The notes under the pieces: model-generated | What the model saw: only the letters and a program-made list of their open reading frames with translations | Told to the model about the DNA's origin: nothing | Database searches by the model: none | Position numbers and translations under genes: made by a program | Assembly: GCF_963921235.1 (NCBI RefSeq) | Contig: NC_086097.1 | Span: 161,822,001 to 161,886,000 of the forward strand | Length of the DNA: 64,000 bases | Source: Mobula hypostoma | Taxonomy: Eukaryota | Direction of reading: 5' to 3' | Part shown: one piece after another, positions 38,962-50,649 of the stretch | Position numbering within the stretch: position 1 is the stretch's first letter | How the letters are laid out: each line of letters starts with the position of its first letter

Positions 38962-41321
38962 GTATTGGCAAATAAAAAAAATCTTACTCGTTTAATGAAC
39001 AAAGAAAACTTTGGCAGAAATGTAACATGTTTATTTAATCTAAGGTGATTGAAATAGATTTTTGTAAAGGATTTATTTTTAATTGCCTTCAGTGGATTGG
39101 GGTAAGAATCTTTTGTTATTTGGCAGCAGTATACTGATTTGCTATGTTTACTTTGCCCTTGTTTTTATTTTTAAGTGATGTTATCACCAAAGTATGTGAT
39201 CAAGTATCAGAAAATTGACAATCATTAGCATAGAGCTAAAATATGGGAATAAAACATTTAGTTTAAAAGCTAATATGTATTAAGCTAGTCAATCCTTAAC
39301 TTTTTAATTGTAATTACCTGCTATGACCTGACAGGGCTCCTCATTTTGTCAGAGTCCAAAGTGCAGATAGTTAGCACTGTTCCTGCTGCATATTTAGGCT
39401 GTCTTTTCCCTTTGATTGATTTTTTAAAAAATAGCATTTCCTAGTCTCTTAATGCTTAAACAGAAGGAATGAAAAGATATGTAATTTCTGCACCTCTCAA
39501 GTCAGCCAATGTAAGTACTTCTGAAGTGAAATCACTTTAATTTTGTGTTAATTTAGTAATCTCGGCCTATCTGTTGGATTGTGTAAAAAAAAATGCCCTT
39601 TTGTATCCCCTAAATAAGGAAAACATCTCAGGCATCCCAATAAACATGCTTTAGCTGTACAATATTTCAAGCCTCCCACATGTCTGTGATTTGAATGAAG
39701 ATGTGCACATGTACATGGCCTGTCATTTAAATCTGAGTTTGTGTAGCTACCTAGATATTTGAGTGGTTCCCACTCATTGAAAGGTATAAAATATATCCGT
39801 TATTTAAAAAAACAGTTGCAGGGAATGAGGATATGCATGCAGTTATCCTGAAAATGGTGGAATCTATTAAAAGTAATAACATGGCTCTTAGAATGTAATC
39901 AGATTGAGCAAAGCTGCCATGGATTTAGGAAAAGGAAATCCTATTTGACAATTTTAGTTTTCTGAGCTTGTAATTGGCAGAGTAAATAAGATAAACCACT
40001 TGATGTGATGTATTTGGATTTAAAAAAGGACTTTGATAAGATTACTAAACAGATGTAGAGTATATAAAACTGGTATATTATATGCATGAATGAGAATTGA
40101 TTAGTGCGCAACAGACTTATTGGAAACAGCAGATCATTTTCAGGTTCATAAGATATGAATAAGATATGACTGGTGGTGAGATGCCACAGGGCTGTGGCCC
40201 CAGTTGTGTTCAAGCTCTGTCACTGACTTGGGTGAGGGGATACTTGCAACATGCTGATGTGGGTTTTGATGAAGAACATTCAGATAAGTTTTTGGGTGAT
40301 GAATTCCCAAGCACATGTTAGGTGAACTATGATGTGGAGAAAGAAGAGTTCATGCTCTTCAGGAGAGGGAAAATAGAGAGAATTTTAGTTTAAACAGCAA
40401 AATCAAAATGTTTTGTGCTCGGTGTGGCCTTGGTCTCCTTGTGCATAGAGCATATGAATTTGGAGATAAATCATTATCCACATCTGTGAAGAGGATGCAT
40501 CTCAGTAATGCAATAATCTTGACCATCTTCAAGAAAGGAGACATAAGACTGAGAACTATATAGCGGGTCTTCATGCTAACTACTGAAGGAAACTATTAGC
40601 ACCTGAGTGTTTGAAATCTGGAACACACTACTGGAGTGGCTGGGGAAGGCAGGCTCTTTCACAACATTTAAGATAAGTACTTCATTCATCATTGCATTTG
40701 AAACTATGGCCCAAATGCTGGAGGAAAAAAAGGACTGGTGTAGATACATGTTGGTTGGCATGGCCATAGTGCCCTATGGCCTTGTTTTGGTGTTACATGA
40801 GGTTTTGAGAGATTTTAAAAAATATTATTTCAAGGGATGTGGGCATGTTGAGCCAACATTTACACTCCCATCCCCAGAAGCCCTGAGAAGGTGTTGGTTA
40901 GCTGTCGTCTTAGTCCATGGACGTCTGAGATGTGGATATACTCACAATATTTAGTGAGGAAGATCCAGGATTTTGACCTGTGATGGTGAAGGATTATTTC
41001 CAAGTCAGGATTAGATGTGGCCTGGAGGGCAATTTCCATCTAGGCTGTTGTATTCCCATTCATTTGCTTTTCTTGTCCTTCCAGCTAATAGAGGTTCTGG
41101 GTGTGGAAGGTGCTGCCCAAAGTGTCTTGGTGAGCTGCTGCAGTGAACTCTGTAGATGGTCAAAACTGCTAATACTGTGTGTTGGTAGTTGAATGAATGG
41201 TTGTGGACTGGCTGCTATGTCCTGCATGGTGTCAATTGGGTAATGCTGCACTCATCCTGGCATGTGTAAAGTACTCCGTTACGTACTTGATTTGAGCCTT
41301 ATAGATGGCGGACAGACTTTG

Positions 41322-42310
41322 TTTACAATATATGTTAATGACTTGGATGAGGGAATTAAATGCAGCATCTCCAAGTTTGCGGATGACACGAAACTGGGCG
41401 GCAGTGTTAGCTGTGAGGAGGATGCTAAGAGGATGCAGGGTGATTTGGATAGGTTAGGTGAGTGGGCAAATTCATGGCAGATGCAATTTAATGTGGATAA
41501 ATGTGAGGTTATCCACTTTGGTGGCAAAAATAGGAGAACAGATTAATATCTGAATGGTGGCCGATTAGGAAAAGGGGAGGTGCAACGAGACCTGGGTGTC
41601 ATTATACACCAGTCATTGAAAGTAGGCATGCAGGTACAGCAGGCGGTGAAAAAGGCGAATGGTATGCTGGCATTTATAGCGAGAGGATTCGAGTACAGGA
41701 GCAGGGAGGTACTACTGCAGTTGTACAAGGCCTTGGTGAGACCACACCTGGAGTATTGTGTGCAGTTTTGGTCCCCTAATCTGAGGAAAGACATCCTTGC
41801 CATAGAGGGAGTACAAAGAAGGTTCACCAGATTGATTCCTGGGATGGCAGGACTTTCATATGAAGAAAGACTGGATGAACTGGGCTTGTACTCGTTGGAA
41901 TTTAGAAGATGAGGGGGGATCTGATTGAAACGTATAAAATCCTAAAGGGATTGGACAGGCTAGATGCAGGAAGATTGTTCCCGATGTTGGGGAAGTCCAG
42001 AACGAGGGGTCACAGTTTGAGGATAAGGGGGAAGCCTTTTAGGACTGAGATTAGGATAAACTTCTTCACACAGAGAGTGGTGAATCTGTGGAATTCTCTG
42101 CCAGAGGAAACAGTTGAGGCCAGTTCATTGGCTATATTTAAGAGGGAGTTAGATATGGCCCTTGTGGCTACGGGGATGAGGGGATATGGAGGGAAGGCTG
42201 GTGCAGGGTTCTGAGTTGGATGATCAGCCATGATCATAATAAATGGTGGTGCAGGCTCGAAGGGCTGAATGGCCTACTCCTGCACCTATTTTCTATGTTT
42301 CTATGTTTCT
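41322..42310 (+). mobile_element. Young 5'-truncated CR1 LINE
   Basis: FTIYVNDLD...KFADDTKLGG...RPHLEYCVQFWSP; (TTTCTATG)n tail; TSD ACTTTG at 41316-41321 and 42311-42316. Confidence 0.93.
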
Positions 42311-43014
42311 ACTTTGGGTAGTCAGAAAATAAGCTAAAGTGCAAAGACATCAATTATGTCAATTAATTATTATTGTGAGTCTAAATCTAAAATACCACGT
42401 GCAGTTCTCGTCACTGTTCCTTGGCACATTTCGTAGAAATCTTCTTCACAGCTACAGTAATCCAGGTTTAATCATGACTTCCAGCCTGTCTGTATGGAGT
42501 TTGTGTGTTCTGATGATTGCTTAGATTTTCACTGGATGTTCCACTTTCCTTCGACATCCCAAGATCTGCAAGTTGGTCAGTTACTTGGCCTTTGTGATTG
42601 TCATGGACATTGTGGTTGAAGATGAGTGTTAGCATCTGGGGGATAGAGTGGGTGGGAATCGATAATAGGGAAAATTAGTGAGATAATGTGAAGGCTTTGT
42701 GAGGTGCAAAGATCAGAAAATATCTTTCTATGTCTTAAAGAAATATGGGAACAGGGTACTTTTGAGAAATCCTGGATGACTTCCGGTAAAATAGTGGCAC
42801 GTGCAAATGCAGCAGCCTCTCAAGCCAACCAAAGGTACTTTTTTCTTTGCAATTTTGTTTTATGATCCAAAGACAATTCTACTCCAAGAACGTTGGTACT
42901 GTAGTGCCACTCCATAAGTGTGCTGCTGGTTGATCAGAATAGCTGGACTGGTGTTGGCAGAGCTGGCCACGGTATCAAAGGGGCCGGCTGGGATGTTGGA
43001 GAGAGAGGCCGGTT

Positions 43015-45650
43015 AATTGAATTGAATTGACTTTATTATTTACATCCTTCACATTTGAATTGACTTTATTTCTTGCATCCTTCACATACATGAGGAGTAA
43101 AAATCTTTGTGTTACGTCTCTGTCTAAATGTGCAATATGCAAACATAGTAATTCATAATAAATAGAACAGTCAATGTAATATAGAGTACACCCTATCCTC
43201 GTTATATGCAGGGAATACGTTCCTCGAAGTCGACGTATAATGTGAATAATTATTTAAGTTGAGAAAATAGGGGTGTGTTCTTGAGGGCTTCCTAAATATG
43301 TTTTATCTGTAATTTATTCACATTTTCATACCAATACGACACAAAAGCAGTACCACAAGGCAACATTCGTATTATATTTCATCAATTTAAGGTAATATTC
43401 AATGTAATAAATCATAGAAAGTTAACATACTAGGGTGTACAGTATGCACCAACAGTACAGCAGGTGTGTTCGCTCCGGGAGATGAGTGGTTGTTGTGGTG
43501 TCGGGCAGCTTTACATGGATGAGGTGGATGGTTGTGTGTTGCAGGATCACCAAGGACAGCAACGGGTGAAGGAAGACTCACAAAACTCTCAGTACTGCTG
43601 GCAGCAGGGGATGACACCGGTTTGAAGAAAGTGGTGAGGATTGTTTGCTTGGCAGCATTTTGTTTTCTTAGCATAAATTTGCTTGTAGGGAAGAGGGCTT
43701 GACTTCAGGGGACGACTGAAATGCTGACTCTGTTCTAAACCTGGGTCCATGTCTATCGCCACTTGTGCCAAGTGTTCCACAGCCTTAAAAAAAATCCTGC
43801 CAGTTGCTTCAGAGTGGAAGACCTGACCTCTTTCCAGGATTCATCAATGTTGTTGATGGCATGTCTGATGTTGAAGGACTTCCGCCATTCCCTCATCGTT
43901 GATAAACTCCGGGGATTTTCAGAATCGCCTGTTGCTTGCAGCATCTGAGAGACAGTTCGGCGTAAAAAAATCGCCTTGAATGTGGATATCACACCTTGGT
44001 CGAGTGGTTGAATCAGCGATGTTGTGTTAGGCGGCAGGAAATGCACTATTATGTTAGGATGATTGCTGTCCAGATGTTTAGGAGGGGCTGGTGCATTGTC
44101 AAGCAACAAAAGAGCTTTAAAGGCAAGATTCTGTTCCTGGCAGCAGTGTTCAGCCTCAACAGCAAAATGATTAGCAAACCAATCTTAAAGATTTGACCAG
44201 TGACTCATGCTTTCTTGTTAGCTGCCCAGCGGACAGGAAGCATATTCTAACTCAAACCCTTAAGAGCACGGGGGTTAAGTGAATAGTAAACTAAGAGAGG
44301 CTTCATCTTACAGTCTCCTTCGGCATTGGAACACATAAGCAAAGTCAATCTATCCTTTGCTGCCTTGAAACCTGACGGAGTTTTGTCATCCTTACTTATG
44401 TAAGTGCATTTCAGCATATGCTTCCGAAAAAGCCCGGTCTCGTCTGTATTAAGCACCTGCTTTGGTGTGATGCCTAACTCAGCTATCATAGCCCGCAACT
44501 GCACAGGGTAGCGTCCCAGAGCTGTGTTACCTTCACCTGACGCCGCCCTGTTTATAATTTCCAACTTTTTTTCCAAGTGTTAAAGCGGTTCTCTGCCGCT
44601 TGGCTGAGGGCCCAGGACTTGACATCGGACGCTTAGGAGGCATAGTTAAGTATTTCAAGCATAAAGTCACTGCACCATAGGTAAAAACACAAAAGTTTTA
44701 AGAGCGCAAGATCGCACATCCATATGTTGCCAAAACCAATGCGAGACTGGCAGGAGTGAGACTGTGAGGCGTGTGCATGTGACTTGTATTGGCGGGAAAG
44801 TGGTGCTTCTCGTCCCAACAGTGAGACAATGAGGCGTGAGCACGTGGCTTGTATTGGTGGGAAAGCAGTGCTCCTCGCATAACTGAGTTTTGGACGCATA
44901 TAACGAGAAGTTGGTCGAAATAGGTTCCTTGCATAACTGTGAATCTGCATTGTCTGAAGACGCATATAACGAGGATAGGGTGTACACTCAAATCAGCATG
45001 AGTTAGCGTGATGGCCTGGTGGAAGAAGCTGTCCCGGAGCCTGCTGGTCATGGCTTTTATGCTGCGGTACTGTTTCCCAGATGGTAGCAGCTGGAACAGA
45101 TCGTGGTTGGGGTGACTCGGGTCCCCAATTATCCTATAGGACCTTTTTACGCACCTATCCTTGTAAATGCCTGAATCATGGGAAGTTCACAACTACAGGT
45201 GCGCTGAGCTGCCCGCACCACTCTCTGCAGAGTCCTGCGATTAAGGGAGGTACAGTTCCCATACCAGGCAGTGATGCAGCCAGTCAGGATGCTCTTAATT
45301 GTGCCACTGTAGAAGGTTCTTAGGATTTAGGGGTCCAAACTTCCTCATCCGTCTGAGGTGAAAGAGGCACTGTTGTGCCTTTTTCACCACACAGCTGGTG
45401 TGTACAGATCACATGAGGTCCTTGGTGATGTGGATACCAAGGAACTTAAAGCTGTTTACCCTCTCAACCTCAGATCCATTGTCTATAGGGGTTAGCCTGT
45501 CTCCATTCCTCCTGTAATCCACAACCAGCTCCTTTGTTTTTGCAACATTGAGGGAGAGGTTGTTTTCTTGACACCACTGTGTCAGGGTGATGACTTCTTC
45601 TCTGTAGGCTGCCTCATTATTGTTCGAGATTAGACCAATCAATGTAGGTG
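43015..45650 (-). mobile_element. Rex1-type 3' fragment interrupted by a Tigger element
   Basis: (TTCAA)n tail; WCQENNLSLNVAKTKELVVDYR, FKFLGIHI, RLRDSFFHQAI. Confidence 0.8.
43189..44982 (-). mobile_element. Tigger/pogo DNA transposon, internally deleted transposase pseudogene
   Basis: Perfect 21-bp TIR CACCCTATCCTCGTTATATGC with TA TSD; ATG at 44643 (MPPKR...); NTDETGLF, KDRLT, LLDNAPAP, FLPPNTTSLIQPLDQGVI. Confidence 0.95.
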
Positions 45651-46683
45651 TTGAAGGAGCCAATCAAGACATTGGAGGAGCCTGTCAAGATATCGGAGGA
45701 GCAGATTTAGGTCCAGAGGAGCTAACCTGGCAGCAGAGCATGTTGTTGCCTGCTATTCGGAAGCATCGAAGTTGGTGCAGTATAACTGTTGGAGATTGTC
45801 TGAGACACTTCACTTGCAATTGCAAGATGCTGTTCGACAGTAACATTATAAGTTGCTGCAGGGCCTGTTACCCTTGTCTGGTGGAGAGTCCTACAACATG
45901 GGAGCTGTGTAGTTTTAGTTGTCATTGTTGGCTTCAAGCCTTGGGCTTGCCTGCTGCTGCAGACCAGGTGAGAGACGTGAAAGCACTTGCAGCATAGCGT
46001 GCGAGCTCAGCTGGGGCCTGGCCTCTCCTGTCGGTGCTGTTCTCCTGTGTTCAAGCGGTGGAGTGACAGGCTGGATTGAATGCATCTACAGTGCCGGGAT
46101 ACTGGTACCATTGATTGCTGGACATTGTTGCTCAAGATCTTGGACCATAAATATATATTTTTTTTTTGAGTGAAGATGCTTCTTTGCTCGATATTTTGAA
46201 TTATATTACTTGCTATTTTTGGATGTTTGCTTGCTATTTTGAATCTTTTGCACCTTGGGCCCCAGAGGAATGCAGTCTTGTTCAGCTGTATCCATGTACA
46301 GTTTGAATGATAGTTAAGTGATTTGATTTGAATATGTGCAGTGAAGGCTTACCACATTGATCCTTGGAATTAGCTGGGCGAATGTGTTTGGCTGGTTACC
46401 CTTTGAGGAAAGATGAAGCATCATGTGTCCAATCTGTACAGAGTATTGTTGAATTGAGATGTGATCTCTTTGAAACAGGCAAAGTACTTACAAGCTTTAA
46501 CAGGGATTAACTTGGGCACATGGAATCCTTGCTAACCCTGTAGATAGGATTCACAGTTGGCTTGGCCATAGAAGACAGACGGTGGTGGTTGAGAGCTGTT
46601 TCTCTGACTAGAGGTCTGTGACCAGCTATGTTCCACAATAATCTGTGCTGGGACCTTTGTTGCAAATGAAGCATGAAAATGTA

Positions 46684-48197
46684 CAGTTGTAAGAAAAGGT
46701 TTGTGAGTCCTCTGCAGTTACATGGTTTTCTACATTAATTACTCATAAAAATGTGGTTTGATCTTCATCTGAATCACAATAATAGATAAACACAGTCTGC
46801 CTAAACTAGTAACACACAATCAATTGTACTTTTCATGTCTTTATTGAACACATTGTTTAATCATGTACAGTCCAGGCTAGAAAATCCTTTAGCACCAATA
46901 ACCTCCAACAAACATCTCCTGTAGCTGCTAATCTGACTTGCGTGACAGCGAGGAGGAATTTTAGGCTATTCCCCCACACAAAACTGTTTCAGTTCATCAA
47001 TATTTCTGGGATACCTTGCATGACCAGCCCACAGCATCTCAATTGGGTGAAGGTTTGGACTCTAACTTGGTCGTTCCAAAACATGAATTTTCTTCTTTTT
47101 AAACCATTCTCTTGTTGATTTACTCATGTGTTTTGGATCATTGTCTTATTGCATCATCCAACTTCTATTAAGCTTCAGGTGACAAACTGCTACCCTGACA
47201 TTCTCCTGTAAAATGCCTTGATACAATTTTGAAATTCGTTGGTCCCTCAACAATTGTAAGCTGTCCAGACCTTGAGGCAGCAAAGCAGCCCCAAACCATT
47301 ATGCACCTTCGATTATGCTTCACAGTTGGGATGAGGTTTTGGTGCTGGTGTGCAGTGCCCTTTTTCCTTCAAACATAACGGTGTGCATTTCTGCAACTAC
47401 TGTCTCATCTGTCCACAGAACATTGTCCCAGAAGCATTGTAGAACATCCAGATGGCCTTTCGTAAACTTGAGACATGCAGCAATGTTTTTTTTTGCAGAG
47501 CAGTGTTTTCCTTCATGGTGTCCTTCCATGAACACCATTCTTGCTCAGTGTTTTTCTTATAGTGGACACATGAATTGAGACTTTAGCAAGTTCTGGAGGT
47601 TTCTGCAGGTCTTTTGCTGTTACTCTTGGGTTCTTTTTCACCTCCTTCAGTATTGCACGTTGTATTGTTGCTGTGATCTTTTCAGGATGCCCACTCCTAG
47701 GAGAGTAGCAACAGTACTGAGTTTGCTCCATTAGTAGACAATTTCTTTTGCTGTGGACTGATGAACACTCAGGCCTTTAGAAATGCTTTTGTACCATTTT
47801 CCAGCTTGTTTTCATTGAGGTGTAGTACACATAAATAGATCTTCCTTGAGAAGAGCAGGCTCTATCAGTAACCTGACTTTGTGTCTCTTTTTTTAAGGGC
47901 AGAGCACCTCTACAATCTACACCTCCAATCTCATCTCATTGATTAGAACACACGACTCCAAATAGCTTTTGTCAAAGGCATTGTTCCAGACTTTCATATA
48001 CTTTTTTGAACCTAGACTGTGATTGTTTAAGTGGTGTACTCAGTATTGACAAGAAGTATTGTTTGTATGTTATTAGTTTAGACAGATTGTGTTTCTCTAT
48101 TATTGAGACTTAGATGAAGATCAGACCATATTTTATGAGTAATTAATGCAGAAAAGCAGGCAATTGCAAAGGGTTCACAGACTTTTTCTTGCAACTA
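46684..48197 (-). mobile_element. Tc1-like transposon with long (~200 bp) TIRs, decayed transposase
   Basis: TA|CAGTTG...CAACTA|TA; matching long inverted ends; PRSGHPEKIT, VKKNPRVTAKDL, WDNVLWTDET. Confidence 0.9.
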
Positions 48198-49602
48198 TAA
48201 GTGGGCTGATTAGTAAGTTTGCAGGCAACACCAAAATTAACTTCTGTGTGGACTGCAATGTTCTGACAAGAACTGTCCTTTGTTATAAAAATAACAAGCC
48301 ATGGATGACAAAGGATATTAAGGACATCCTGAACGCTAAAAAGAGGGCGTTTAGGGATGGAAATAGGGAGGGGCTGAGGGCAATACAGAGTATCCTGAAA
48401 GTCAGGATCAGGGAGGCTAAAGACAGGTACAGGAGGAAGCTTGAGTGGAAACTCCAGCAGAACAACATGAGACAGGTCTGGAGGGGGATGAGGACCATCA
48501 CTGAGTTCCAGCAAACTTGCAACAGAGGAGCGGAAAGCAGTGTGGACAGGGCCAATGAACTTAACCTGTTCTTTAGCAGATTGACATTGTGGCCCCTGCC
48601 CATCCCACACATGAGCCATCTGTTGTCGGCCCTCAACCAACACATATTCCACTCTCCCCTCCTCACAGTCCCCCACCCTGCTCTCATGACTATATCCCTT
48701 CCCCACACGAAACCACCATGGTGGGCTTCACAGATGAACAGGTGAGAAGACAGCTGAAACCTCTCAATCCAAGCAAGGCTGCAGGACCGGATGGTGTCAG
48801 TACCAGGGTGCTCAAAGCCTGTGCCCCTCAGCTATGTGGAGTACTTCGCCATGTATTCAACCTGAGCCTGAGGCTCCAGAGGGTTCCTGTACTGTGGAAG
48901 ACGTCCTGCTTCGTCCCTGTGTGGAAGATGCCGCGCCCCAGCAGCCTCAATGACTACAGACCGGTGGCATTGACCTCCCACATCATGAAGACCCTGGAGA
49001 GACTTGTTCTGGAGCTGCTCCGGCCTATGGTCAGGCCACACTTAGATCCCCTCCAGTTCGCCTACCAGCCCCGACTAGGAGTTGAGGATGCCATCGTCTA
49101 CCTGCTGAACCGTGTCTACGCCCACCTGGACAAGCGAGCGAGCACTGTGAGGGTCATGTTTTTTGACTTCTCCAGTGTGCTCAACACCATCCGTCCTGCT
49201 CTGCTGGGGGAGAAGCTGACAGCGATGCAGGTGGATGCTTCCCTGGTATCATGGATTCTTGACTATCTGACTGACAGACCACAGTCTGTGTGCTTGCAAC
49301 ACTGTGTGTCCGACAGAGTGATCAGCAGCACTGGGGCTCCACAGGGGACTGTCTTGTCTCCCTTTCTCTTCACCATTTACACCTCGGACTTCAATTACTG
49401 CACAGAGTCTTGTTATCTTCAGAAGTTTTCGGATGAAAAGCTCAAACAGATAAATAGAGGGATAGCTCAAGCGAAGCGGCCAGTGCGTGAGTGGGCCAGT
49501 GCGTGAGTGGGCCAGTGAAGGAGTGGAGCTTTGGAGGCTTTGACTCGAGAGGCTTCAACGAGAAGAGGCGGAGGACAAGCTAGCTCGCAGTTAGTTTTTA
49601 CA

Positions 49603-50544
49603 ATGTCTCCTGAGACGGTGATGTGCCTCTCATGTGAGATGTGGCAGTCTTGGGGGAACGCCCCTCTCCCGCAGAGTCACATCTGCCAGAAGTGCATACG
49701 TCTGGGTGATCTGGAAGACCGTGTAAGGAATCTGGAGCAGCAGCTGGATGACCTTCGACTGATAAGGGAGAATGAGGCAGTCATAGATGAGAGCTACAGG
49801 GAGGTAGTCACACCTAGGCTGTCGGAAGCAGGTCGTTGGGTGACAGTCAGAGGGGGGAAAGCGAAGGTGAGCAGACAGGTAGTGCAGAGCACCCCTGTAG
49901 CCATTCCCCTGAATAATAAGTTTACCATCCTGGATACTGTTGGTGGGGACAACCGACCAGGTGTGAGCCACAGTGGCAGGGCCTCTGGCACTGAGTCTGA
50001 CCCTGTGGTGCAGAAGGGTGGGACGGAGAAGAGGAGAGCTGTCGTCATTGGAGACTCTATAGTCAGGGGAGCAGACAGGAGATTTTGTGGACTTGAGGAG
50101 GACACCCCCATGGTTTGTTGCCTCCCGGGTGCCAGGGTCCGGGATGTCTCTGACCGGGTGCACGACATACTGGTACGAGAGGGAAAGCAACCAGAAGTCG
50201 TGATGCATGTTGGGACCAACGACATAGGCAGGAAGAGGGATGAGGTCCTGAAGTGTGAGTTTCGGGAATTAGGCAGAAGGCTGAAGAACAGGACCTCAAG
50301 GGTGACATTCTCAGGATTGCTGCCAGTGCTACGTGACAGAGATGGTAAGAATTGGAGGAGATGGCAGTTGAATGCGTGGCTGAGGAGTTGGTGCAGGGAG
50401 CAGGGTTTTAGATTTTTAGATCATTGGGATCTCTTCCAGGGAAGGTGGGACCTGTACAGATTGGATGGGTTGCACCTGAACTCGAGGGGGAGCAATATCC
50501 TTGCAGGTAGGTTTGCTAGCATGGTTCGGGAGGGTTTAAACTAA
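49603..50544 (+). CDS. CR1 ORF1p: zinc finger, coiled coil, SGNH esterase domain (intact, 313 aa)
   Basis: CLSC...CQKC, heptad LEDRVRNLEQQLDDL, GDS, HVGTND, DGLH. Confidence 0.85.
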   Translation: MSPETVMCLSCEMWQSWGNAPLPQSHICQKCIRLGDLEDRVRNLEQQLDDLRLIRENEAVIDESYREVVTPRLSEAGRWVTVRGGKAKVSRQVVQSTPVAIPLNNKFTILDTVGGDNRPGVSHSGRASGTESDPVVQKGGTEKRRAVVIGDSIVRGADRRFCGLEEDTPMVCCLPGARVRDVSDRVHDILVREGKQPEVVMHVGTNDIGRKRDEVLKCEFRELGRRLKNRTSRVTFSGLLPVLRDRDGKNWRRWQLNAWLRSWCREQGFRFLDHWDLFQGRWDLYRLDGLHLNSRGSNILAGRFASMVREGLN

Positions 50545-50649
50545 TTTGCGAGGGGGATGGGACCCAGAGCGATAGAGCAGTGAAAGAAGTGCATGGAGTA
50601 AAGCCAGATCTAACATAGAGGCTTTGAGGAAAGAGAGGCAGAATGAACG

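Noticed and set aside
49478..49518. Short direct repeats resembling a CRISPR-like array
   Set aside because: Spacer-less 16-bp tandem in the CR1 5' UTR; eukaryotic context with no cas genes.
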